Source of the DNA: an uncultured Collinsella sp.
GTDB lineage: Bacteria; Actinomycetota; Coriobacteriia; Coriobacteriales; Coriobacteriaceae
Direction of reading: 5' to 3'
Assembly (NCBI GenBank): GCA_902494715.1
Contig: CABUUJ010000001.1
Coordinates: forward strand, 11,366 to 75,365
DNA length: 64,000 nucleotides
Shown: positions 27,602-37,400 of the stretch, piece after piece
Layout of the letters: each line of letters starts with the position of its first letter
Numbering within the stretch: position 1 is the stretch's first letter
The notes under the pieces: model-generated
The model's database searches: none
Told to the model about the DNA's origin: nothing
What the model saw: the letters and a program-made list of their open reading frames with translations, nothing else
Position numbers and translations under genes: made by a program

Positions 27602-28696
27602 CTAAAACGCCTTCTCGTTCAAGAATTCCCTGAACGCGGGGATGTCGAAGCCGACGAGGCCACGTCCACGTTCCCCGATAACGCCGTCCTCGAGAAGTCG
27701 GCGTTTGTATTGGCTTGCGTAGTTGCTGGCGACGTCCATGCGTTTGGCTATCTCCGAGACCCTGCTGGGGCCAGAATCGGGCAGCATCGCGAGCAAAAAC
27801 TCAATGTCTTTATCGGAAAGCTCCCGATAGGTCGTTTCGAGAATTCGATCGCGCAGCTCCATGCGGGCAAGCAGAGAACCCTGCTGTACATCAGGTGCAC
27901 TGATTTTGGGCGAGTTCTCCGAAACATCCCATGTGCGATATCCGACGAGCTGCATCATATAGGGAAATCCGTCGACGGCCTTCACGGCATCCTCGAGCGC
28001 TTCTGGCGTGATTGAGCGGCCTCCGGCCTCAACGGTTTTGCGGAATGCGTTTGCAATTTCAACGTCAGTGATTCGTCCCAACTGATGATATTGGGAACGC
28101 CTGAGGAACGAGACGGAATCGTTACGCAGCAACGCCGATACTTTGTAGGGCAGTCCTGCCATGAGTAGGGCAACTTTTTTACCTTCGCGTACAAAGTGCT
28201 GGTAAACAGAGGCAAATTGAAGCATTTCTTCGAGATCGACGGTGACTTCATCGATGGTGATGAGAAGTCCGATGTCATGTTTTTCGAGTTGCTTAAAGAT
28301 GCCATTCATGCGCGTGCGCCAGTTGCCCTGAGCCTCTTGAGCATATGTCCAATCGATGCCCACTGGGCCAATTTGAACACCGTTTATGCGCGCGTGAGGC
28401 TGTGAGAGGTAGCTATCTGCGGCTTCTTTGGTTCGCTCGATAATATCTTCGAGCATGCCTGGCATGGCGGAGACATTTGCTGCGATCCAGCCGTGTTCAA
28501 GCGCCGTTTCTGAAAGGAGCGAGAGAAGCGCCGTCTTGCCCGTTCCCCTTGCGCCAGTAAAAATGGTCGACAGGTTGGGATCTCCCGGGCCGTTGATAAA
28601 GCCACGGTTGATGTCACGCAGGATATGCTCGCGACCCGCTAGAAAGGGAGGGACGCTTCCAAATGTTGGGGTAAAGGGGTTCTTGCTGTACTCCAT
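27602..28696 (-). CDS. STAND/Orc1-Cdc6-like AAA ATPase with C-terminal winged-helix domain
   Basis: Track ORF 27602..28750. ATG 28696 gives MEYSKNPFTPTFGSVPPFLAGREHIL... Walker A is GARGTGKTAL and Walker B-like is LLITIDEV. The C-terminal wHTH is PSRVSEIAKRMDVASNYASQYKRRLLEDGVI. G+C is lower than in the neighbours by eye. Confidence 0.75.
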   Translation of the reverse strand: MEYSKNPFTPTFGSVPPFLAGREHILRDINRGFINGPGDPNLSTIFTGARGTGKTALLSLLSETALEHGWIAANVSAMPGMLEDIIERTKEAADSYLSQPHARINGVQIGPVGIDWTYAQEAQGNWRTRMNGIFKQLEKHDIGLLITIDEVTVDLEEMLQFASVYQHFVREGKKVALLMAGLPYKVSALLRNDSVSFLRRSQYHQLGRITDVEIANAFRKTVEAGGRSITPEALEDAVKAVDGFPYMMQLVGYRTWDVSENSPKISAPDVQQGSLLARMELRDRILETTYRELSDKDIEFLLAMLPDSGPSRVSEIAKRMDVASNYASQYKRRLLEDGVIGERGRGLVGFDIPAFREFLNEKAF

Positions 28697-28706
28697 GGTA
28701 GCTCCT

Positions 28707-28760
28707 TTGCAAGTTTTGCTAATTTTTGCAAGTTTTGCTAACTTTTGCAAGTTTTGCTAA
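28707..28760. repeat. 3 x 19-bp tandem repeat (TTGCAAGTTTTGCTAA core) immediately upstream of the ATPase start
   Basis: Core copies at 28707-28722, 28726-28741 and 28745-28760 with period 19 bp. Only the 3-nt spacers differ (ttt / ctt / cga). Confidence 0.95.
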
Positions 28761-28870
28761 CGACTGACCAAAGGGCATCGAAGCAGTGACGCTGACATTT
28801 TTTACGCAGAAAAATAAGCAGAAATCAATTTATCTGCGTTAAAAAATAGTTGAGAAGAAAAACGACGAGT

Positions 28871-28898
28871 CCCGGGCGCAATGCCGTTGCGCTCCGGG
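28871..28898 (-). terminator. Terminator downstream of the topoisomerase subunit A gene
   Basis: cccgggcgcaa / ttgcgc(t)ccggg hairpin. On the minus strand it is followed by ctcgtcgtttttcttc. Confidence 0.6.
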
Positions 28899-28941
28899 CC
28901 CCGCTGCTTTGTAAAACCATGACGGTTTGGCAACCGTTGTT

Positions 28942-31182
28942 TTAGTCAAACAAACTCGGCATGTCGTTTTCCTTCATGAGGGCACCGGCAGAAGGCAGGC
29001 TCTGCGCGGTGAACTTCTCGGCCGAGACGCCGGCGCCAAGAATTTCCTCGGTCGTGCCGACGGTGGTGACCGAGCGGCCCTTCTTGGCCGTAAAGGCCTG
29101 TACGCCCTGCGTGTTGGTGGTCGTCTTGGTCTTGAGCAACGACGTGTTGAAATTCATCAGGCGGTAGTCGCTCGAGACCAGCGCGATGTCGCGATCTTCC
29201 TTGAGCACCTGGGCATACAGCAGCTTGCTGCCACCGTAGATGGCGTTCTTGAGGCGCTTGCGGTTGGTTTTGGTGACGTATCCGGCAAGTGCGACACGCA
29301 CCACGCGGCCGTTTTCAAAGACAAACAGCACGTCGGCCTTGTAGTCCTCGGGGTCGATGACCCAGATGACGCTCTCGTCGGGTTCCATCTCAAGATCGGT
29401 CGGCAGGTACGAGCCCAGCTGGGCCGACTTGGTGTCCTCAAACGCCGCAACCTTGCACTTGTACACCTGGCTCTTGTTGGTAAAGACCAGCAGCTCGTGC
29501 GTGTTGGAGGACGGGAACTCGATAAAGGGTTTGTCGCCGTCCTTGTACTTAAGCGTGGTCGCCTTCTTGAGCACACGGTCCGTCATCTTTTTAAGGTAGC
29601 CCTCGCGCGAAAGCATGATAGTAACCGGGTACTCCTCGACCTCGGGCTCCAGGCTTACCTCGATAACCTCGTGGGGCTCGATCCTGCCCGTGCGACGCGG
29701 CATCACGTACTTCTTGTTGACCGCGGCCAGCTCGTCGCTGATGACCTTCTTGATGTTCTCCTCGCTGGAGAGGATCTCCTCAAGCTCGGCAATCTCACCT
29801 TCGAGCTTAGCAATGTCCTTGGTGCGGTTGAGGATGTACTCCTCGTTGATGTTGCGGAGCTTAAGCTCGGCAACAAACTCGGCCTGGGTCTCGTCGATGT
29901 CGAAACCCTTCATAAGGTTGGGCACGACCTCGGCCTCGAGTTTGGTGCCGCGGATGATGGCGATGGCCTTGTCGATGTCGAGCAAGATGGCCTCGAGGCC
30001 GTGCAGCAGGTGCAGGCGCTCGGATTTTTTGCCCAGGTCAAAGTTAATGCGGCGACGCGTGGACTCAATACGCCACTTGACCCACTCGTGCAGAATCTGG
30101 CGCACGCCCATAACACGGGGATAGCCGTCGACGAGCACATTGAAGTTGCACGAGAACGAATCCTGCAGCGTGGTCGAGCGATAGAGCTTCGCCATGAGCT
30201 TATCGGGGTCGACGCCGCGCTTAAGGTCGATAGCGATGCGCAGACCCGAAAGGTCGGTCTCGTCGCGGATGTCGGCGATCTCCTTGACCTTGCCCTCTTT
30301 GGAAAGCTTGACGATGCGCTCGATGATGACATCGGTCTTGGTGGTGTAGGGGATCTCGTACACCTCGATGATGCGCTCTTCGGGAATCCAGCGCCAGCGG
30401 GAGCGGATCTGGAAGCTGCCAAGGCCGGTCTCGACAATCTTTTCCATCTCCTCGCGGCGGTAGATGATCTCGCCGCCGGTCGAGAAGTCGGGCATGGGCA
30501 TGTACTCGAGCAGATCGCAGTCGGGATCCTGCAGGTAGTGCATCGTGGCGGTGCAGACCTCGTTGAGGTTGAAACCGCAGATGTCAGACGCCATGGCGAC
30601 GCCGATGCCCTTGTTGGCCGAGACGAGGATGTTGGGGAACGTGGTGGGCAGCAGGCGAGGTTCCTTCATGGCGCCGTCGTAGCTGTCAACGAAGTCGACT
30701 GGGTCCTTGTCGATGTCCTTGAAGATCTCGGCACTGATGGGGGAGAGCTTGGCCTCGGTATAACGCGAGGCGGCGTAGCTCAGATCGCCCGAATAATACT
30801 TGCCAAAGTTGCCCTTCGACTCCACGAAGGGGGCGAGCAATGCCTCGTTGCCGGTGGCCAGACGCACCATCGTCTCGTAGATCGCGGCGTCGCCGTGCGG
30901 ATTGAGCTTCATGGTCTGGCCCACGATGTTGGCGCTCTTCTGGCGCTCGCCCTTGAGCAGACCCATCTTGTACATGGTGTAGAGCAGCTTGCGGTGCGAG
31001 GGCTTAAAGCCGTCGATCTCGGGGAACGCACGCGAGACGTTGACGCTCATGGCGTAGGGCATGTAGTTGACCTCGAGCGTCTGCGTGATCGGCTGGTCGG
31101 TGACCTCGGAGTGCAGGCCGATGACGTTCTCGGCGTTGACCTGCTTTTTCTTTGGCTGGGTTTTCGTCTTCTTCTTTGCCAC
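28942..31182 (-). CDS. Type IIA DNA topoisomerase subunit A (ParC-like; no GyrA box seen)
   Basis: 746 aa. VNYMPYAMSVNVSRAFPEIDGFKPSHRKLLYTMY...NPHGDAAIYETMVRLA...AASRYTEAKL (active-site Tyr). The C-terminal domain is short and I see no QRRGGKG-type GyrA box. Confidence 0.9.
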   Translation of the reverse strand: MAKKKTKTQPKKKQVNAENVIGLHSEVTDQPITQTLEVNYMPYAMSVNVSRAFPEIDGFKPSHRKLLYTMYKMGLLKGERQKSANIVGQTMKLNPHGDAAIYETMVRLATGNEALLAPFVESKGNFGKYYSGDLSYAASRYTEAKLSPISAEIFKDIDKDPVDFVDSYDGAMKEPRLLPTTFPNILVSANKGIGVAMASDICGFNLNEVCTATMHYLQDPDCDLLEYMPMPDFSTGGEIIYRREEMEKIVETGLGSFQIRSRWRWIPEERIIEVYEIPYTTKTDVIIERIVKLSKEGKVKEIADIRDETDLSGLRIAIDLKRGVDPDKLMAKLYRSTTLQDSFSCNFNVLVDGYPRVMGVRQILHEWVKWRIESTRRRINFDLGKKSERLHLLHGLEAILLDIDKAIAIIRGTKLEAEVVPNLMKGFDIDETQAEFVAELKLRNINEEYILNRTKDIAKLEGEIAELEEILSSEENIKKVISDELAAVNKKYVMPRRTGRIEPHEVIEVSLEPEVEEYPVTIMLSREGYLKKMTDRVLKKATTLKYKDGDKPFIEFPSSNTHELLVFTNKSQVYKCKVAAFEDTKSAQLGSYLPTDLEMEPDESVIWVIDPEDYKADVLFVFENGRVVRVALAGYVTKTNRKRLKNAIYGGSKLLYAQVLKEDRDIALVSSDYRLMNFNTSLLKTKTTTNTQGVQAFTAKKGRSVTTVGTTEEILGAGVSAEKFTAQSLPSAGALMKENDMPSLFD

Positions 31183-31227
31183 GATTTCCTCTTGAACTTC
31201 TTAAGGGCCGTCGTTATCGATTTGCTG

Positions 31228-33225
31228 CTACTGCAGGTCCAACTGGTCCAGGTATTCCTTGCCGTGCTCCGAGATATGGCGCTTGCGGCCCGCCTCGTCG
31301 TTGCCCAGCAACAGGTTGAACATGGTTTCCATCTTGGTGACGTCCTCGGGCTCCACCTTGATCAGGCGGCGCGTCTCGGGGTTCATGGTGGTGAGCCACA
31401 TCATGTCCGGATCGTTCTCACCAAGACCCTTGGAGCGGTTGATGGAGCACTTCTGGTCGCCAATCTCTTTGAGGATGCCGTTCTTCTCGAGCTCGGTGTA
31501 GGCAAAGTAGGTCTTTTCTTTGCAGTTGATCTCGTAGAGCGGCGACTCGGCGATATACACGTAGCCCTCGTCGATAAGCGTGGGCACCAGTCGATAGAGC
31601 ATGGTGAGCACAAGCGTGCGGATGTGGTAACCGTCGACGTCGGCGTCCGTACAGATAATGACCTTGTTCCAGTTGAGGTTGTCCAGGTCGAAGGCGCCCA
31701 GGTTCTTGATGCGCTTGTCCTTGATCTCCACGCCACAGCCCAGCACGCGCATAAGGTCCATGATGATGTCGGACTTAAAGATGCGCGGATAGTCCTCCTT
31801 TAGGCAGTTGAGGATCTTACCGCGGACGGGCATGACACCCTGGAACTCGGCATCGCGCGAGGTGCGAATGGCACCTGCTGCCGAGTCGCCCTCTACGATG
31901 TAGATCTCGCGACGGCTCTTGTCCTTGGAGCGGCAGTCGATGAACTTCTGCACGCGGTTGGCCATGTCGGTCTTCTGCTGCAGGTTGGTCTTGATGCTCT
32001 GGCGTGTCTTCTCGGCGTTCTCGCGCGAGCGCTTGTTGATGAGCACCTGCTCCATGATCTTGTTGGCGGCGTCTTTGTTCTCGATCAGGTAGGTCGAGAG
32101 ACGCTCCTTAAAGAAGGCCGTCATAGCCTGCTGGATAAAGCGGTTGTTGATGGCCTTCTTAGTCTGGTTCTCGTAGGACGTCTGGGTTGAGAAGCAGTTG
32201 GTCACCAGCACCAGACAGTCCTGGACGTCCTGCCATTTGATGCCGCTCTCGTTTTTGTTGTATTTGCCCTGTTGCTTGATGTAAGCATCGATGGCGCTGG
32301 TCAGAGCGCTACGGGCGGCCTTCTCGGGCGAACCGCCGTTCTCGAGCCATGACGAGTTGTGGTAGTACTCCTGCATCATGAAGGTGCGCGAGAAGCACAT
32401 GCACGCGGTAATCTTGACGTTGTAGTCGGGCAGGTCCTCGCGATCGCGACCGCGACGGTCGGCCTCGATAAAGAAGGGCTCGGTGAGGTAGTCGGTACCG
32501 ACCTTCTCGAGCACGTAGTCTTCGATGCCCTTGGGATAGCAAAAGTCCTCTTCGGTAAATTCGCCGTCGTCGCCCTCGATGCGCAGGCGGAAGGTCACGT
32601 TGGCGTTGACCACGGCCTGGCGGCGCATGGTCTCGCGATACCAGTCGTGGGGGATGCTGATGGAGGTAAAGACCTCAAGATCGGGGCGCCACTTGATGGT
32701 GGTGCCGGTGCGGTTCTCGTCGCTGGGCTCAATCTCGAGTGCCTTCTTTTTGGCACCGACGACCTTGCCCTTCTTAAAGTGCAGGGAGTACTTGTTACCA
32801 TCGCGCCAAACCGTGACGTCCATGTACTCGGAGGCGTACTGGGTCGCGCACGAGCCCAAGCCATTGGTACCGAGCGAGAAGTCGTAGTCGCCGCCCTGGT
32901 TATTGTTGTATTTGCCGCCGGCGTAGAGCTCACAAAAGACGAGCTCCCAGTTAAAGCGCTTCTCGGAGGGGTTCCAGTCGAGCGGGCAGCCGCGGCCGTT
33001 GTCCTCTACCTGAATGGAGCCATCGCGAAAGGCGGTAAGGGTGATGAGCTTGCCGTAGCCCTGGCGCGCCTCGTCAACGGCGTTGGACAGGATCTCGAAG
33101 GCAGCGTGTGCACAGCCATCGAGTCCGTCCGAGCCAAAGATAACGGCAGGGCGCAGGCGTACGCGTTCCTCGTCCTTGAGCTGGCGGATACTGTCGTTAC
33201 CATAGTTTGCGGTGTTTTTTGCCAT
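31228..33225 (-). CDS. Type IIA DNA topoisomerase subunit B (ParE/GyrB family)
   Basis: 665 aa. It has a GHKL ATPase N-terminus (FEILSNAVDEA..., GGKYNNNQGG...GTNGLG) and a Toprim domain (EIYIVEGDSAAG, ICTDADVDGYHI). Confidence 0.9.
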   Translation of the reverse strand: MAKNTANYGNDSIRQLKDEERVRLRPAVIFGSDGLDGCAHAAFEILSNAVDEARQGYGKLITLTAFRDGSIQVEDNGRGCPLDWNPSEKRFNWELVFCELYAGGKYNNNQGGDYDFSLGTNGLGSCATQYASEYMDVTVWRDGNKYSLHFKKGKVVGAKKKALEIEPSDENRTGTTIKWRPDLEVFTSISIPHDWYRETMRRQAVVNANVTFRLRIEGDDGEFTEEDFCYPKGIEDYVLEKVGTDYLTEPFFIEADRRGRDREDLPDYNVKITACMCFSRTFMMQEYYHNSSWLENGGSPEKAARSALTSAIDAYIKQQGKYNKNESGIKWQDVQDCLVLVTNCFSTQTSYENQTKKAINNRFIQQAMTAFFKERLSTYLIENKDAANKIMEQVLINKRSRENAEKTRQSIKTNLQQKTDMANRVQKFIDCRSKDKSRREIYIVEGDSAAGAIRTSRDAEFQGVMPVRGKILNCLKEDYPRIFKSDIIMDLMRVLGCGVEIKDKRIKNLGAFDLDNLNWNKVIICTDADVDGYHIRTLVLTMLYRLVPTLIDEGYVYIAESPLYEINCKEKTYFAYTELEKNGILKEIGDQKCSINRSKGLGENDPDMMWLTTMNPETRRLIKVEPEDVTKMETMFNLLLGNDEAGRKRHISEHGKEYLDQLDLQ

Positions 33226-33359
33226 ACTCGCTCTCTCGGTGTTCCTTTGCTGCGTTTAAGTCATATAGATAGTCAAGGTAGCATAGCCCAGCCCACAGAC
33301 GATTCCAACCAACACGAAATCCATCGAACAATCGTTCGAGTTTAGGCTGAAAAGAGCTC

Positions 33360-33392
33360 ACTCGGACAAAACCGAGTCGGTTTTGTCCGAGT
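33360..33392. other. Perfect 15-bp-stem hairpin in the divergent parE-like / XRE intergenic region
   Basis: actcggacaaaaccg-agt-cggttttgtccgagt. There is no clear U-tract on either strand. Confidence 0.6.
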
Positions 33393-33544
33393 AAGTTTGA
33401 ATAGCGAACCGAAGTTGTAATGTCCGCATGGCGATGGCAGACATGGTTTTCATAATGACAGATATAGTTGACATTGCCTGATGGATGCAATATATTTCTG
33501 TCATGTTGCAACGGATATCTGTCCATTACTACGAAAGGAACTCC

Positions 33545-33775
33545 ATGCCGGGTAAAAAGAACCTACGCATGAAGGCGGCGCGCGCGGCGGTTGGCCTTTC
33601 GCAAGCTGACTTGGCCCAGACCGTGGGCGTTACGCGCCAGACTATCGGCCTAATCGAGGCGGGCGGCTATAACCCCACGCTCAATTTATGTGTGGCGATC
33701 TGCAAAGCGCTACGCGTTACGTTGAACGATCTGTTTTGGGAAGACGGGATCGACGTCGACCCTAACGCTCTTTAG
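33545..33775 (+). CDS. Small XRE-family HTH regulator
   Basis: Track ORF 33485..33775. ATG 33545 gives MPGKKNLRMKAARAAVGLSQADLAQTVGVTRQTIGLIEAGGYNPTLNLCVAICKAL. Confidence 0.85.
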   Translation: MPGKKNLRMKAARAAVGLSQADLAQTVGVTRQTIGLIEAGGYNPTLNLCVAICKALRVTLNDLFWEDGIDVDPNAL

Positions 33776-33784
33776 GAGTCCACT

Positions 33785-34369
33785 ATGAAATTTGAAGATC
33801 TGAAAATCGTGCAAAAGTGGCGTGAATATGCCGGCCCAAAGGACGAGCGCCTGGAGGCGGAAAGCGCAAAGATCTACAGGATTGGTTTCGTGCTGCTTTC
33901 GTTTGGCATGTTGATGATCTTTTTCTACCAGTTTATAGCTCGACAGGTTGCGTGGGTTCACAGCGACGCCAGTGAAATGCCGCACGGCTTTGCAACGCCG
34001 TTTGAGGCCGCCATGTACGCATGGCTCGTTATCGTGATGCTGATTTGTGCGGTGCTGCAAACGCGAAAGGGCTATGTCGATACCAATCGTTTTGGGCAAA
34101 CCGAGCATCTTCCTGTTGGGTATTTCCTGCTTGTCAGCGGTCTTAGCGGCGCCGCGTTCGCGCTTGTTATTGCCGCAATGCGCTGTATCGCTGAGGCGCA
34201 GATCGTACCGCTCGAAAGCGTCTTTTGGTTGGCGAACCTGGCCACGGGCGTGTTCTGCGGTGCGACGATTTTCATAGCCACATTTGCCGCTCTGTGCGCA
34301 TCGTTCTTCACGGCGAAAAAGCGTCGCGCCAAGCTTGAGGAAGAACTCGACTCCACTGACGATATCTAA
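33785..34369 (+). CDS. Membrane protein (about 4 TM), partner of the preceding small XRE regulator
   Basis: 194 aa with hydrophobic helices (IGFVLLSFGMLMIFFY, AWLVIVMLICAVL, YFLLVSGLSGAAFALVIAAM, LATGVFCGATIFIATFAALCASFF). Confidence 0.7.
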   Translation: MKFEDLKIVQKWREYAGPKDERLEAESAKIYRIGFVLLSFGMLMIFFYQFIARQVAWVHSDASEMPHGFATPFEAAMYAWLVIVMLICAVLQTRKGYVDTNRFGQTEHLPVGYFLLVSGLSGAAFALVIAAMRCIAEAQIVPLESVFWLANLATGVFCGATIFIATFAALCASFFTAKKRRAKLEEELDSTDDI

Positions 34370-34459
34370 TGCGCAATGGGCTGGCTCTGGGTATCCAGAA
34401 CCAGCCCATTTTGATGTTCGATGAGCCGAGTCGGCGTCTCTCGCAAAAGTAACTAGGAG

Positions 34460-37400
34460 CTAGCGAGGCTTATCCGAATTGGCCTCCTTGGCGGTGTCTT
34501 TTTCGAGCGCCGTGCGGCGGGCACTGTAGGTGACGAGGCCGGCGCCTGCCGCGGCGAGTGCAGCTGCGGCTGCCGTAAGGGGAGCATTGACATCGCCCGT
34601 GCCAGCGAGCGCGCCCGCTTTTCCGGAGCGCTTGATATTGCCGTGGTCCTTGCCACTGCCGGAGCTGCTTCCGCCGGAGCCGCCGCCCTCGTCAGCACCG
34701 CCGCCACTTGAGCCACCATCGCCGTCTGCTGTCATCGGGGCGTCGTGAAGTCCTGTCGTATCCGCGCTGTCGCATACGCCGACCTGAACTTCTGAGCGTT
34801 CGCATGCCGCGTCGGGCACATGAAGCTCGTGCAGTATGGCACCCAGCGCCGAGTTTGCGCCCGGTCGAATTTCCTCGAGCGTTACGGGATCGAGCGCCAC
34901 CAGATTACGCGCCTTCGCATATAACGTTACGCGTTTGCCCACTTCGTCGCTCCAACTCTCGGGAATGGCGAAGCTCATGCGGAATTGTGCCGTGCAACCC
35001 GGTGCCAGCACGGCGTTGCCGTTGTCGGCTACCAGCGGGTGCGTTGCAAAACGTGCGCCCAGCGTCTCGAGCGCGTACTTCACGTGTGCCATATCGTTGG
35101 CCGAAGCGTTCTCGGCAAGCTCCGGATCGTAGATCGAAGCCATACGTGCGTTTGTTCCGAATCCGATGGATGCGCTGGAGAACGGCTGGCTGGAGCCCTC
35201 TCGGTACAGATCGATCGTGCCGGCGGTCAGCAAGGTGTTGCCGTCGTTTCGCACCGTGACCATGAAGGATTCGCCTGCTGCTCCGGGCACCACCGCGCCC
35301 GAGGTGGCGACCGCGCCCGTCGGAGTGGCACACGCCACCAAGGGCACTTCGATGCCGTGTAGTTCTGCCTCGCTCTTCTCCGCGCTCACAATGTGCGTGG
35401 CGAGCGCGGAGAGCATGCCCCCCGACGTCAAAAATGTCGTTATCTGATCGACGGGATGGTCCAGCTCGCACATCACGAACGGCTCCGTAAACAGATCACC
35501 TGCCAAGGTGCTGGCGAAGATGCGGAAGTGCTTGCCCATCACTGCTACTGGGTTGCCTTCTTCGTCGTAGGTTTGCCCCACCTTGCCATCGGTGTTCTCT
35601 ACATAGAGCACGCACCTGCCGTTGTTGCTTACGCTAAACGATGCCGGGCCACAGCCCGCGGCGCCCACGGGCTGCGTTGCAAATGCCGATGCGCCTCGTG
35701 CCCAAGTAATATGCTGCAGCTGCTCGTTGACGGTAGCCAAAAAGCCCGTGTGTTGCGGCCACGGCACCGCGTGGGGTACTGCCGCATCTGGCGACATAAC
35801 GCCCCAGCCCGCAATGGACTGGCCGATCACGGCGTACGATGCGCAGCCGCAACCGTCTGCGGTCTCGTACGCAACGGGCACCACCATTTTGCCGTTGATA
35901 TTCTCGGGCTCGCCCAGCTCGATACTCGACGGTGCTTGCGGAAAGCGGAGAACTTGGCGGAACGTCAGGCTGTCGCCCGAAACGTCCGACCATAGGGTAA
36001 AGCACTCCAGCGCAACCTCAGCCTCGCTGCCGAGCGCCTTTTCTGCGGTGGTTCCGCGGCGGTGGAGGTAGGCACCCGACAGGCGCCCGTCGACCAGCGT
36101 CTTGCCCACCGTGATACGCGGGCACTGCAGGCAATGGTAGCCATCCTCTTGCAGGCGGCCGCGCGAGATGCTGCGCCACGACGTGTGCGACATCACGCGA
36201 ACTCCGCCGTTGCTTATGCGCAGGCGCACAACGGACAGTATGCCGGATGTGCTCGCCGCATCGAAAAGGGTGTTGTCGCCGTCGGGGCGCTCGCCCGAGA
36301 CCAGCAGCACGTAGGCGTCCTGGTTTCTCCTCCCGTCTGTATATTCCACCACGTCGAAGTCGTAATCGAATATGCCGTTGCGCTCCACGTCGCCCTCGCC
36401 AAACCCAAGGGAGAAGTCCACGGGCGTGGGAGCGGACCACGTGCCGTTCGTTTTTGTATGCACCACCAGGCGCGAGCGACCGTTCTCGCCGTAGCGCACC
36501 GAGGCGATACGGAACAAGCACTCCACGCCGGCGATTATCGCCAGCTTCATGTGGGCTTCGCTGAGCACGCCGGAAAACAGCACGTTGTCGCTCGAGGGCT
36601 TGATGCCGCCACGCTCGTCCTCCGATACACCGGCTGAATTGGCGTTGGGGTCCGCAACGGCGTCCTTCGCCTGCCTGATATGGGTGTACTCATACATCGG
36701 CGCGGCGTTTTCGTCGTTCTCTATCAGTGCGTGGACGAAATGCTCGATCTGTCCCGTGTCGTCGCTTTCTGCATCCGCCTCGAGCTCAATGCGCGTGACC
36801 GACCGGTCCCAATCGCGTACGGTAGGCGCGACATTCCTTGCAGTGGCTTTAACCTCGGCGCGCGCGAGCAGCTCGGCGTTGGTGACAATGGTGGCCGATG
36901 CGATAAATTGCGGAACGCCGCCCGCCTCGGCGTTGCCGGCTGAGCCGAAGCAGGCATCTAGTGTATAGGGCGTATCTCCACCCAATGCGAGCTCAGAGCG
37001 CTGGAGTACATACTGGTCGCCGTTGTTCACCGACATATTCCACGAATCGAGGAGTGTGGGCCACGACCCCGACCAAGCCTTGGTGGTCCACTTGAACATC
37101 ACGAACTGGAGTATCACATCGACATCGACGTCTGCACCTACGCGCAGTCGCGGAAGCTGGTGTCCATCAGCCTTCTCGTACCCAATGAACAGCGTGAGGG
37201 ATGCGGCGCCGCGCACGGCAGACGAAGCGACGCCTGCAACGCCGGCGCCAAAGGTGACGGCAAGCCCGATCTGGATGGTGAACGAGCCCGAGGTGTTTGA
37301 ATAGTCGAGCGATATGTTTTTGAAAAACGCCGCGCCGCTACCGTGCGTGTGGGCGCCCACGGCGAGCGCCAGTTTTGCCAGCACCCAGGGGTTGACGTTT

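Noticed and set aside
28927-33345. Plus-strand ORFs 28927..31803 (958 aa) and 32359..33345 (328 aa)
   Set aside because: They are antisense to the unmistakable topoisomerase subunit A and B genes, and the translated sequence is V/L/G/D/A low-complexity.
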